Assembly: GCF_018977255.1 (NCBI RefSeq)
Contig: NW_024704742.1
Coordinates: forward strand, 20,896,001-20,960,000
Direction of reading: 5' to 3'
DNA length: 64,000 nt
Origin: Callorhinchus milii
Lineage: Eukaryota
Shown: positions 50,222 to 62,578 of the stretch, piece after piece
Layout: each line of letters begins with the position of its first letter
Numbering within the stretch: the stretch's first letter is position 1
Translations under genes and position numbers: made by a program
Notes under the pieces: generated by a model
The model's database searches: none
Seen by the model: the letters and a program-made list of their open reading frames with translations, nothing else
Told to the model about the DNA's origin: nothing

Positions 50222-51430
50222 TTACAACAATAACTTGCATTTATATAGCGCCCCTCACGAAAGATGGGGTCTCGGAGCGCTTAACAGTGGCGGAGCCTGA
50301 TGCCGAGCCAGGGGAAGGTGACTAGCAGGCCAAAGAGAAAGGTCTTCAGGTGTGACCTGAAAACGGGAAGTGGGGGCAAGGTAAAGGGATTGAGGGAGAG
50401 AGTTCTACAGCTTTGGGGCATAATGGCTGAAAACACGGCCAGTGATGGTGGGTCCGGAGGACAAGGAGTCGAGTCAAACGGAGGCAGTGGGTAGTAGTGT
50501 AGGGAGAGAGCAGATTGGAGAGATAGGGGAGTGTCAGGTCGTGAAGAGATTTCAATACAAGAGTGAGGATCTTGAAATCGAGCCGCTGGAGTGAGGGAGC
50601 CAATGGAGTTTGGCAAGGACTGGGATAATGGAGGTACGGAGTTTAGTGCGGGTGAGAATGCAGGCGGCGGAGTTTTGAATTAGTTGTAATTTTTGATTAG
50701 TGGAGCAGGGGAGACCAGTGAGGAAGGTGTTTGAGTAGTCGAGACAGGAGGTGACAAACGTGCAGACGAGGGTTCGGCAGCTTTTGGAGTGAGGTACGGA
50801 TGGAGGTGGGCAATGTGTCGGAGGTGGAGGAAAGCAGCCCCGGCTTGAGATTGGATGTGGGGTACAGAGTATAGCTGGGGGTCGAACCTGATGCCTAAAT
50901 TGTTCACGGGTTCAGTGAGTCTTAGAGAGAGATCGGGTAGGGTGAGGAGGTCTGAACCGTAGGAGTGAAAACGTGGACGGGAGCCAAAGTATGGCTTCCG
51001 TCTTGTCATCGTTCAGCTGCAAGAAGTTTGCATTTATCCAGGCCCTGAAGTCTGTCAGGCAAGCTGACAGAACATCAGCGGACTGGGAGTTGCAGCTGAA
51101 GGAAGAGAAGTAGATTTGTGTGTCACCCGCATAAATGTGGAAGTTGTCTGTGGATGACATCACCGAGGGGGAGCATATAGATAAGAAAAAAAAGGGGGCC
51201 AAGGATGGAACCTTGGGGTACCCCGCAGGTGACTGGGAGGGGGCGAGAGGAAAAAAACATTGGCCGAGATGAAGTGCTGGCATTTGGTTAAGTATGACTC
51301 GAACCATGCGAGTACAATAGGAGAGGTCGTGAAGGAGAATGGCGTGGTTGACAGCGTCAAACATAGTGGAGAGGTCCAGGAGGATGAGGAGACAGAGGAA
51401 GTCCTAGTCACAGAGAGAGAGGACATAATT
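50222..51430 (-). mobile_element. L2 RT to 3' end fragment (older subfamily)
   Basis: [42 protein letters not shown]. Confidence 0.88.
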
Positions 51431-52704
51431 TGTTACTTTGATGTGGCAGTCTGGGTGGCTGCTCTGGGACGACCATCAATGCATGCCATGATGAGCACAG
51501 CGGAGGATGCCCAGACTGGAGCAGAGGGAGGCGGTGGAAGAGTCAAGGAGAGAGAGAAGGTGAAGAGGGCAGTGGGGGATAAGGACAAAGGTCGAGTAGC
51601 AAAAATGGGGGCACTTGGGGGTGGAGGGGGTTGGCTCGGATCGGGGTCGGCAGCCAAGATGCACACGCCAAGACCTGGAGTGAATAACCAGAGATTCATG
51701 GAGGGGGCTAGAGGAGGCAGCTGTTTAGCAGCTCTTCAGTACAATGAATTACTTCAGATCTGCAAGGTTGCCAATCTGAACCATTATGGGTTATGAATAA
51801 AAACAGATCTCACACATATTATTCTTGTACAGTGCCCAGTTTGAACGCCACTAAAAAGGCAACCACAAACAACCGTTGAAAACTCCGCAAAGGACGACTG
51901 ACCATACTTTTGCATCAGGATTTTCATCTTGACGTTATATATATATATATATTCATGATGTACAAGTTTGCAGCACAATCAAGGAAAAGCGTGAACATGC
52001 TGAAAATATATAGCCACTTATGAGAACATGTCACTAAAGAAAAATATGCAACCACTTCAAAATGGTCAACATTCGTACAGTATTTTGAACAAACATGATC
52101 ACTGTAAGGCAAATAGGTTTCTTAAAAATGTGAAAGAAAATATTTCCTATCCTCAAAGCATGTGAAACTACTGAAAAACAGCTCCTGTAGTATAAGGCAA
52201 TGGAATCCATGTTAAGGTTGCTTTAACATATTTTAGAGACATTCGGGCTGGAGAATATAGATTTTCAAAACCTCTTGGAGGTTTTCAATCCATAACACAC
52301 AATTATTTGTTTCCCTTTTATACTGTTAGCCATTATTAGTAACATTTTATGTTTGGTGCTGGTAAAAGTAATGACTTTTATTTTAATTTAGTTCAGCAAG
52401 CAAAGCTAAGAGCCTCTTTGGATTTTACAAGTACTGTACTAAACACCCACACACATACATATAGCTCTCTTTGAAATGACATGAGTCACTTGTTCTTGAA
52501 GAAAATTGAGCATTATGTCAAAGATACATAAAATACACATCGTCTTGAGTGTCTCAAACGAAAAGAAGGTTGCTTTCTGTGCTTTGTAATGTCTAACATA
52601 CATACAGATACCCAGAAAACTTTCCACAGTAATAATACTGTCATAACATCTTCCAAAAATGTTAATCATAGGAACAGAAGGAGGCAATTTAGCCCATCTG
52701 GCAA

Positions 52705-53445
52705 TGCACTCACGCATTTCATGCTGAGTTGTGTTGCCCACCGGGAAGCTCGCAGGGAGCTCTTGGTACCTATCATCCACATAGTGAGGGCTCGAACCCA
52801 TGCTTGTCGAATGTCGAATGACCATCTAGTGACTATCCTCCTTGGGGGAGAGATAAGCAGGATTTCCTTGAAGCTGAACTGTCTCCAAGGTGACATGTTT
52901 ATCAACGGATTGTCAGAATCGAGCCAGCCCTCTGTGGCGGTCTCGGTATTCCAGTTCTGAGCGAGGTGTGTCCCCAGTATTTCAGGGTGTTGCTGATGAC
53001 TGCACAACCAGCCTGGCTCATCGGTAGGTATTGGAAGGTAAACCAGTCACTGGGGGGCAGGGAGTCATCCCACTCAGCTCTTGTTAACCCTGCAAGCCCA
53101 ATCCCTAAAGGGAAGGGTGGACCTTGCTGTACAAGCAGCAAGAAAGCTTGCTAAACAGTAGTATCAATGGCAAGCTATGCTGTTTTAGCTGGTTAGACTC
53201 CAGGAGCACCCCAACGTAAACTCTAGGGTCCCCAAGCCTTGGCTCTTGCCAACCTGTGCCTAATACTTTCCAGAATTAAGTAAGCAAGATGCATCCCTCC
53301 AGGGAGAGAGTGCACATTCCAACAATCTATCTCTGGGATTTCCATGTGTAGGTGGGATGCATGGAATTCTCAGTTTGGTTTGGGTACTCTTGAGCACGGT
53401 GATGGGTTTCTGCCTGTGTCAGACACCTGGCTGACCCCCCAAAAA
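52705..53445 (+). mobile_element. Same RTE-X-like family, 5'-truncated copy
   Basis: HFMLSCVAHREARRELLVPII..., ending gtcagacacctggctgaccccccaaaaa. Confidence 0.65.
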
Positions 53446-54240
53446 TCTATTCCACCAGTTTATTGAAATCATGGCGGATCTTTTAATTCCATTGCTTGCT
53501 TTTTCTCGACACCCCTGACTACCTTAACTTCCCAAGTATCTACTTACCTCCCTTTAAAACAACCCAATTGATTTTGGCACCCTGGCTTTCTAGGGGCTTG
53601 GGCAATGCATTCCAAATTTTCACAATCATAAAAATAATCATGCACAAACACCAGCAAACATTTTTTAACCATGTTAGGCATTGTGCTATGATGTTTTGTT
53701 TGTTATCAAAATTAAGCAGTATTTTTTTTCTTTCAGCTCAGAGGAAATGTTTTAAGTGAATTTATTCTGCCAATAGGTAGTTTAATGTTTCATTAAAACT
53801 TTGCAGGGAAATAGGGAAATGGAATTGCCTGGCACCGCATTATTTTTTCCAAATGTTGTCATATATCATATATACACCAGAACCTCAGCTGAACAGCTAT
53901 TTTCTAGTATACTATAATGAGGATATCACTATTTATATAAATAATAGAAGTGCTGGAACCACACAAGGGCTCCAGATTCCACTTCACATATATTAGCAGT
54001 GAACATGAAACAAATCTGTAAGGATGAGTTACTTGGAAATTGAAGTGCTATTAAAGTGATATTTCTCCCTTATTGTTTACGTCTTCCTGAGTCACATTCT
54101 ATTCGATGATCAAGCGGGGACACCAGCCTCCTAAAGCTCTATGAACGCTGCTGTGTAATTTGTTGCTGGCAGGTGAATAAGAGGGCCACGGATTAATTTA
54201 ACCCTTGGAATTCCACCCTTTCAGTGGGAAAATGACAGCA

Positions 54241-54303
54241 TTTATTTGGAACCATCCTCTGATGTTCATAACTGACATCGCTAAAAGTGTAAGGTGTTTT
54301 ATT
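54241..54303 (-). terminator. Candidate NPY1R polyadenylation signals (AATAAA on minus strand)
   Basis: tttatt at 54241-54246 and at about 54298-54303, roughly 400-450 nt after the stop codon. Usage cannot be verified from sequence. Confidence 0.3.
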
Positions 54304-54696
54304 AACACTTACAAATACTTTGCAATTTAAAAAACATACTTTTTTTATGTTATACTAAATACAGTATGCTTTAGTAATGTGAATCATTCCAAAACACACT
54401 GAATTGAGTTTGCTGATAACTGCTCTTTTCTGTTAAATCTCCTGAAATAGGGCAAATGTTTTCAACCACGGTATATCAAGAAACCAATCAGAAGCAGCCT
54501 CCTGTAACATTCAAATGAAAATTATATGGTCCTCAAATTGACTTTTTCATGAGTCATTTTGTCTATAAAGCACAAGGTTGATCAATGGATAAGGGATCAG
54601 TCCTTACTTACAATTGATAGCAGGTGCCAGATGGAATAATGAGCACAGCCTTTCTCTGAAGCACGGATAGCTACACCCTAAAATTAATAGGACATC

Positions 54697-55113
54697 TCAA
54701 GCAATCTGTGTTGCTTGTTTCAGAGAGCTCTTGGATATATCTGTCTGCATGGTTGACATGGCGATCGCCTCATAGTCTTCCTCCCTGCGACTGCATTTGC
54801 AGTAACGGAGGATAACATGCAAGTCCCTCTGAAAGTTTTTATTCAGGAATCCATAAAAGACGGGGTTCACGCAGGTTGAGAGCATCGCTGTCAAGTGGCA
54901 TATGGAGAAAATCAGATTATGATGACAATTCGTGATGGCTTCATGCTTCCAGTCAAAAACCGCGTTGAAGATGTTTAGGGGCAGCCAGCAGATTGCAAAC
55001 GCCACCACAATAGAAATCAACATAATGGTAATTCTTCGGTTCTCATCTGCCCGTGACTTGTTCTCCCTCATCTTGTCCATCATGTCATTTCTCCTTTTGA
55101 GGCGTATATATAT
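54697..55113 (-). CDS. NPY1R: Neuropeptide Y receptor Y1, coding exon 2 (ICL3 to C-terminus, 138 aa + stop)
   Basis: Acceptor tctttgaaag|ATA, then IYIRLKRRNDMMDKMRENK...CWLPLNIFN...STCVNPVFYGFLNKNFQRDL...DYEAIAMSTMQTDISKSSLKQATQIA*. The intron position CYLK|IYIR is characteristic of Y1. Spliced CDS is 374 aa. Confidence 0.96.
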   Translation of the reverse strand: MYIRLKRRNDMMDKMRENKSRADENRRITIMLISIVVAFAICWLPLNIFNAVFDWKHEAITNCHHNLIFSICHLTAMLSTCVNPVFYGFLNKNFQRDLHVILRYCKCSRREEDYEAIAMSTMQTDISKSSLKQATQIA

Positions 55114-55657
55114 CTTTCAAAGACAAAACAAAGCAATTTAATCTGGTTAACATGCAACATCTAAGTCTAAGGCCATGTTGTATTACTACTTCCAGAATTC
55201 CTCCAATAAAAATCATTCTGTCAATTTCTCAAACACAAAAGTTTCAGCATGGCTCAGATATTAGCGCTCTTGTCTCTGGATGAGAAGCTTGTGGGTTTAA
55301 ACCGCATGTTAGGACTTAAGCTTGTAGTCTAGGCTGATACTCCAATGCAAATCTTAAGGGTTTGTCAGGGGTTCTGTGGATGAAACATAAAGGTCCTGTC
55401 TGCCTGGTCAGGTGGATGTTAACGATCCAAGTCATTATTTGAAGAGAATGGAGTTTCTTACAATCAACAATCCACCAGAAAAGAATTTGTCGTTCACTTC
55501 ATGGCCATTTTTGGTACATTGCTATGTGCAGATTGGGCGCACCTATAAATATACAGTCACTGCATTCCCCGTGAAGCACTTTGAAACATTTCAATACTGT
55601 ATTCATTCTTTGAAATTCAAGGATTATTGTATAAGGTCATCATTATGGAGTCATTGT

Positions 55658-55979
55658 GGAGTTCCTGTAGCTCAGTGGTTAGAGCACTCGCTTTGCAAGT
55701 GAGAGACCTGAGTTCAATTCCAGGCAGGGCGAAACCTTGGGCAAGTTTCTTCACTCCACACGCCTAATAATAATCCCTCCAAAACCCAAAACAATAATAA
55801 ATTGGTCATTTTCATTCTACGACTGTTTGTGGGACATTGCTGTGCGCAATTGGCTGCCGCGTTCGCCCACAAATATACAGTCAATTCACTTTACAGTGTG
55901 TTCTGTGAAGCGCTTTGGGATGTCCTCCTGATGTGAAAAACGCTATATCAAATGCAAGGATTATTATTATTATTATTAT
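55658..55979 (+). mobile_element. Full-length young SINE in the NPY1R intron
   Basis: Near-identical to 41027-41347. Candidate TSD tcattg at 55651-56 and 55979-84. Confidence 0.92.
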
Positions 55980-57614
55980 CATTGAGAAAATTAATCTTAC
56001 ACTTCAATACTCTTGGAAAAGTGAGATGATATTTCCCTTTAACGCCCTACTGTAGTGTTTCCAAATATATATATACATTTGGGACCACTTTTGCTCCCTA
56101 ACTTCCTTAGTCCCATTGTTACACCATTCCACAACAATCAGTTATATTTTCCAGTGAAGATCTAAATTGTACATTGTTGAGAAACGCTATACCAACCCTT
56201 AAAAAACAGAATGTCTTGGTTCTAATTATTTATTGTTGAAAAATCTAAGTGATCGGCTGATGAAAATCTAAGTGAACATACATTACCAAGATTCATAAAG
56301 TAGGAAAGAAATTGAATTAAATCAAGTAGTAATGAGATGGTAGGGCAATTTGTGAGATTTAAAAAGAAGGATTTTTACACTTGAAACGATGCAGGTACCC
56401 AGATGTCTCTCATTATTTTAACAATGGAACTTCACTTCCCGTTGAAACCAATTAGAAGCCAATCTCATCGCTACCTTTTATAAAATAAGATTGTGATCAA
56501 AAGAAGACACCTTCTGAAATCATCTGAAATATGTGTCCAAGTGAAGTTCCATTGTTAAAATTGGGATTAACATCACAAAAGGAATGCAAGATTGAAGGAC
56601 TGCTTACGTAATCTTGAGGTTATGGGAAAGAATGAGTGGGGTAGGAGTCAATGCAATGAGTCGTTTTCAGTATAGTGAGGATGCAGAAAAAGGAAGAACA
56701 TTTAGTTAGGATTGTGTACTTAAAGCTTGGATGAAACAAGTGAAAACAGATCAGAGAAGCACTAATAGAGTAAAACAGAGAAACATAAAGGTTGCAACAG
56801 AGGGAGGTTCACAAAAACATAAAAGGTTCCAACCTTGTTATTGTAGTTAGCAAAGGCACAATATGTGAAAAGAGAGGGAAATATTTGAAGCTAGGAGGAA
56901 ACTAATGATTTGACAATTTGCAATGCTGCTTGTACTAGATAGGCTTCTTTTGTGAGTGAAGAAATTTCAAAGCATTCAGGCTACAAAGATAGTTACTGTG
57001 TCGGACTCTATTTTGTAATGAGCTGGTCAATGGTACAGTGTTTAAACATTTATTAATAAATAAAGCATGAGATTAATAATTCTTGCATTTGAAATAACGT
57101 TATTGAAACATCTCAAATCGCTTATCAGGATTTGCTGTAAAATGTAAGGAATGTATTTTTGTAGATGACCACATCTGCCTTGTGATTTAGATTTCAAATC
57201 TCGATCTTAATAACAATGAGGAAGACTGAAATTACAGTGAAATATTACCATTTCAACTATTAAAATGTTTCCAAGCTCTGATGAGTAATGTCAAACTGAA
57301 CAGCTTTTAATGTTCTTCATTTCATGATCATTCTTAGTTATTTTGCAGAATCCTGCTGTGAGCCTGAGACATATTGAGCAAGCTCAGTCAAGCAGAAAAG
57401 TATAACACTTAATAAGAGTAAAATCATTTGTGTGCATGTTTTTTTAAAAATTAAATTAAATCAAAGCAATGAGAGACTCCACTACAATAACTACACCAAT
57501 TTAATTAGGATCACTGAATGAATGACTGCACCCTGAAAAGTGAGTTCCTTAATAGTTCCTGCAGTTTGGTACAGTTTATTTTAAAAGTCTACAAACAGTG
57601 TACAAAAGAGGCTA

Positions 57615-57834
57615 AGTTTCCAGCCCATAATCCCTTTGCCTTGCTCCCTCCCTTGCCTCCTTCAAGGCACGACACAAGACCCTCCTTTTTGACTGCGCCT
57701 TCAGCTGCCCTCCTACCTCCCTGCTCTCCCTCATCCCAACCTTGCCCCCACCCCTCCCCATGCTCGGGTCCTGATCCCCGACTGTTCGTCCTCTCAACGT
57801 GAAAGGTGCCTTACAAATGTAATTTTGTTGTTGT
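57615..57834 (+). mobile_element. L2 3' end
   Basis: Terminal motif acgtgaaaggtgccttacaaatgtaattttgttgttg. Confidence 0.8.
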
Positions 57835-58907
57835 AAGTTTAGTGTGTCCATACCAGTCCTTCCCAATGCAAATCATTTATGAATTAAAGCAAATGCTTGA
57901 AGTTGTTGACTGCTGTTATGTAATACTGTTATATTAAAACATAATTTCTGAGCACCAGCACGTTAATGTTCTGTGCTGTAGATTGAGGATAGCCACAGGC
58001 CTGAGCACTGCTCTGATAACTTTTCAATCTGAGGATGTAGCACTTGCCTTGGGTGGAAGAAAGATTGAGGATCCAATAGGGGAAGAGTTATGCCTGGCTA
58101 ATCTTTAGCACCTCCTGGTCAGTGATGGTTGTTTGTGTGACGTTGCTGGCACAACTGACTGCCATGTTGTCTGCGTAACATACTTCTGTTTATTTAATGT
58201 TTATTTATTTCCAGATCATCACCTTTTGATTGAGTTATTAATGAAAGCCCCATCTGCCTTGTGATTTAGACAGACGTGAAGACCACTCCCCCCCTCCATG
58301 ATTTAAAACAAAGTGATCCCTGTTATCTTGGTATACATTTTCTTCTCATCCAAATTCACTCCCAAAACTGGAATTCATTTGGCCTCTCATCTCATTGTTT
58401 GTAAGTTTGTCAGTGGCGCAAATTGGCTGCTGTCTGTGTGTGTCTCCATAACAACATTCACATTATTTCTAATTAATTTCATTTGGTAAAGCCCCTTGAG
58501 TCATTCCTTCCACATGAAAGGCAGTACTGCATATGAATGCAAGTTGTTAGTTGCAGGGGCATGACCAGTAGCCTTGAAGTAATCTGTGTGCTTGGCTGAT
58601 AAAGAATAGGGGAGAAAACAGAGCAAAGTAAAAGGGAGGAGAGAAAGCCTACAATTTCACTCTCTCTAGTGCAATCTTTCTTATCTTTATTTTATCAATA
58701 TTACTTTGGCCATTGCTCTGCTGAAGTTTCTTCAGTTGTTCCGACAGACCCATGGCAAGTCTGCTCTGATTCTATTGAGACATTCCATTAAGATATACTG
58801 CAAATTAGAACCAAATGGGATATGTTATATCATCCAGCTAAGCTATTGCTAGGCAATCTTTTTGTTGCTTATTTGTAGTGAGGTTTCCCATTTTGAAAAT
58901 ATTGATA

Positions 58908-59237
58908 TTATAATAATAATAATAATAATAATAATAATCCTTGCATTTGATATAGCGCTTTTCACGTCGGGAGGACGTCCCAAAGCGCTTCACAGAATAG
59001 ACTGTAAAGTGAATTGACTGTATATTTGTTGGCGAACGCGGCAGCCAATTGCGCACAGCAATGTCCCACAAACAGTCGTAGATTGAAAATGACCAATTTA
59101 TTATTGTTTTTGTTTTGGAGGGATTATTATTAGGCGTGTGGAGTAAGGAAACTTGCCCAAGGTTTCGCCCTGCCTGGAATTGAACTCAGGTCTCTCACTT
59201 GCAAAGCGAGTGCTCTAACCACTGAGCTACAGCTCCA
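58908..59237 (-). mobile_element. Full-length young SINE in the NPY1R intron
   Basis: Reverse complement of 55658-55979. Confidence 0.92.
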
Positions 59238-59974
59238 TATTTGTAGCTACACTGGAGCCCAAACACATTGGGCCATCTACTTGGACAACCACCTCAGACA
59301 AAAAAAAAGTTAACATTATATAATCGTAAATAGCCCACTGTCATGATATTTCATGTTTTCACATGGTTACAAAGACATTGTGGTATTTGCTAGAGTGAAA
59401 ACATAGCAAGGAAATTTTGGTATCATAATACACTTGGGCTGGTTGACACAGTAGCTTAGTATTGCAGCTTTCAAGGGTATCATTATTTGTACACTGCAAA
59501 TACCAGGGTCTATTAGGTTTTATTATGACACAAATGTCAGTGGGCTTTTGTTATGTTTTTCCTTCTCATACCATTCACAGCCGATTGAACTGTTGGACAT
59601 GATAGCCAGTTGCACAAAGTATTCTAGTCCAAGTTCACAACGAATGTCCATACAAAGTGAATGAACCAACTCAGATCAAATTAACTCTTCCTTATTCACT
59701 GCAGTGTAAAATATTATGGTTAAGAGTTCCTATATAAAATCAAATTATATTTCAGATAGAATGTCTGCTTTTAGTAATTCAGGATACTTTCACATCAAGA
59801 ATATCCATCTTTGATGTTCACATGATTGTTCACAGTCCTTTTCCAATGATAATATTAATCCTTGCATTTGATACATTTTTCACATCAAGCAGATATCTTA
59901 AAGAGCTTCATAGAATTTACTGTAAATTTTATGACTGTGTATTCTGTAGACAAAAACGGCAGTCAATTTGCACA

Positions 59975-60235
59975 CAACAACCACAACAAATTACATTTGT
60001 ATAGCGCCTTTCACAACAGGAGGACATCCCAAGGTGCTGGACAGTCAGAGAACCGCACCCGGGCTTTTCAAAGAGCCGACACAGACACGATGAGCCAAAT
60101 GGAGTAATACACTCCTACTCCCAACCTTCCCTTGGTTGGGAGTAGGAGGGGTGGAGGGCAGGGAGGACAGGAGGGTAACCAAAGGCATGATCGAAGAGGA
60201 GGGTTTTGAGGCGGAAGGACTGTGGGAAAGGGTTC
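59975..60235 (-). mobile_element. L2 3' end nested in an old SINE
   Basis: caacaaattacatttgtatagcgcctttcac terminal motif. Confidence 0.8.
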
Positions 60236-60374
60236 TACACAGTCAAGTTCCACAAAAGGCCATGAAGTGAATGATATTTTACCTGGGAGATTGCTGGCCT
60301 GGACATCATGACAAACTCCCTTTTCTTTTTGATTAATGCTTTTAGAGTCAAATTGATTAAACTTCAGCGGTACC

Positions 60375-60615
60375 CTCATGTACACCATGGTGTCCCTAAG
60401 TAATAGCTCTTGCCAGCTTGTGCCTAATTCTCTCTAGAATTAGATAAGCAGGATGGGGCCCTTTGGAGAGAGAATTTGTATATCATTCCAGCCAGACAAG
60501 GGGATGGCACATGGAAATGGCACACATGATGCATGGAATTCTCAATCTGGTTTGAATACTCTCAACATGGTGATTCACTACCGCATGTTTCAGAGTCCTG
60601 GCCGACCAAAATAAT
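60375..60615 (+). mobile_element. Same RTE-X-like family, short 3' copy nested in an old SINE
   Basis: Shared 3' end ...cctggccgaccaaaataataataa. Confidence 0.55.
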
Positions 60616-60832
60616 AATAATTTTTGAATATTTAACATCCACCTAAACAGGGATGGTTTAACGTCTCATCCGAAGGATGGCACCTCTGATAATTCAGCAA
60701 TCCCCTAGCACTGGAGTGCCAGCTGATACTGTGAGTTCAAAATCCCAACACAGAGGTTGTACCCACAACTTTCTGTCGTGAAAGACAGAGTGCTACCAAG
60801 TGAGCCAGACTTAGTTGGTTCATCCGAATCCA

Positions 60833-60950
60833 TAAAATCTTGACACTACGTTCGATAGTTCTGATTTCATAATTGTTCACGTCAGGAATGCATACTCCTG
60901 ACGTTAACAATTATGAAATCAGAACTATCGAACGTAGTGTCAAGATTTTA
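60833..60950. repeat. Near-perfect palindrome (55-bp arms, 1 mismatch, 8-nt loop), probable TA-flanked MITE
   Basis: taaaatcttgacactacgttcgatagttctgatttcataattgttcacgtcagga-atgcatac-tcctgacgttaacaattatgaaatcagaactatcgaacgtagtgtcaagatttta. Confidence 0.95.
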
Positions 60951-61626
60951 ACACTAGCAGGATCTTTTCAATCATGATCATTTTCATACAATTAAACAAA
61001 GTAATATTCATTTTAAAAAAATACATTCATATTAGTTAATATTTTGGACAGCTACTGCTAATACCTTTGGTAATCTATGAAGACTGTTTTGTCAAGATTT
61101 GATTTCCTCCTTCCATCATATCCACTCTGTTCTCTTCCAATTAGATCGTCAAATACTTCCTTAAACGTGTCCAGTGACCTAGTCCCAACCACCCTTCCTG
61201 ATAACTAGTTCCAGTTGCTGATCACCCTCTGTGTAAAAAAATACTCGCTTTCCAATCCTGAACAATCTTGTCTTGCTGCACGGACATCATGACAAACTCA
61301 AGGAATATTTCTGGGTTTGCTTTCTCCATCTCATTTAACATCTTATATAATTCTATTTGATCCTTTCTTAGGCACTTACTTACACAGCACTTACTTACAC
61401 TAGTTGTTCTTCGTAGCTCAATGTTCCTAACACTGGGTATGAATCTTTTACCATAACTTACTTTCTTTGCTCATCTGAGAGAAGAAAATGGCCCTTCTGA
61501 TACTGCATCCCATTAAAATATATCTACTATTCAGGAAGCCAGGTACCTGAAAAACTGAACCAGCTTTCACAATGCATGAAATAATCACATTACCAATAAC
61601 ACAAATGAAAGGCTTTTACTATTTAC

Positions 61627-62334
61627 CTTTAAGTAGCAGATGAATATGAAGCAAAGGGGTCCGAAGTACTGCACCACCAGGAGGCATGTGGTGTATGCCA
61701 GCCTTTGGTTTTCCGATGGCCACTGATCCAGACACACGTACTTTCCAGCGAAATTCTCCCAATAGTTGGGCACATTTTGGAGAGGCTCGTCAGTCAAAAC
61801 TTGGAAAAGTAGGAATGGCAGAGATGCGAGCAGTGCCAGCACCCACATGGTGGCAATGCTCACATACGCATGCTTGTTGTTGGGTCTCCAGCCACGGGGA
61901 TTTATTATCAACTGGTGGCGTTCGATGGCAATCAGCACCAAGGAGAAGACAGAGACTGTAATGGAGATACACTGGATCATGGAGTTCATCTTACACATGG
62001 CCTTGCCAAAGACCCAATGATCCATGAAGGTGTAGACAAATGTAAAAGGCAAGCACATGAGAGTAATGAGCAGATCAGAGATGGACAGGTTGACGATGAG
62101 AATGTTGGTGACATTGTGCATTTCCTTCTGTTTCATGATAATGGTGATCAACATCAGGTTACCAGAGACTCCCAGAATGATGACAGCACTGTAAGCCAAG
62201 GCTAATGTGAAAATCACGGCAGTGGGAGCTTGGCAGGGTTCATATTTGTCGAAGTCTAAGAAAGTAAAATTACTTATAGAGAAATTCAAGCGGACGGAAA
62301 GGTTTCCAGCATTAACCCAAGGTGTCCTATCCAT
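61627..62334 (-). CDS. NPY1R: Neuropeptide Y receptor Y1, coding exon 1 (N-terminus to TM5, 236 codons)
   Basis: Translation MDRTPW...GNLMLITIIMKQKEMHNVTNILIVNLSISDLL...MCLPFTFVYTFMDHWVFG...IAIERHQLIINPRGWRPNN...FGPLCFIFICYLK closely matches Y1 receptors. ATG at 62334 is in a strong context (acaATGG). Phase-0 donor AAG|gtaaat at 61627/61626. Confidence 0.96.
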
Positions 62335-62578
62335 TGTCCCAAGTCTCTCTTCACCAAGTAAAGTGATTGGAGAATCACAAGGTTTTTGGTCCTCCTCTTT
62401 CCTGGGATAAAATGGATTGGTCAATAAACTGTTTTTCTCACGTTTCACCTTATGCCGAGTCCCACAGAGAATGCTGTGCTGATCACAACTGCTGCTGTCC
62501 TTTCTGGGAGATCTTCCTATCACGGAAACAAAATGTTGCCATAATGCTATGAGTAAAATTTCTACAAATAACAATTGG
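62335..62578 (-). other. NPY1R: Probable 5' UTR part of the NPY1R first coding exon
   Basis: Polypyrimidine acceptor ttatttttttcacag at 62579-62593, with an alternative ttatttgtag at 62562. There is no in-frame ATG upstream of 62334. Any upstream non-coding exon was not identified. Confidence 0.45.
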
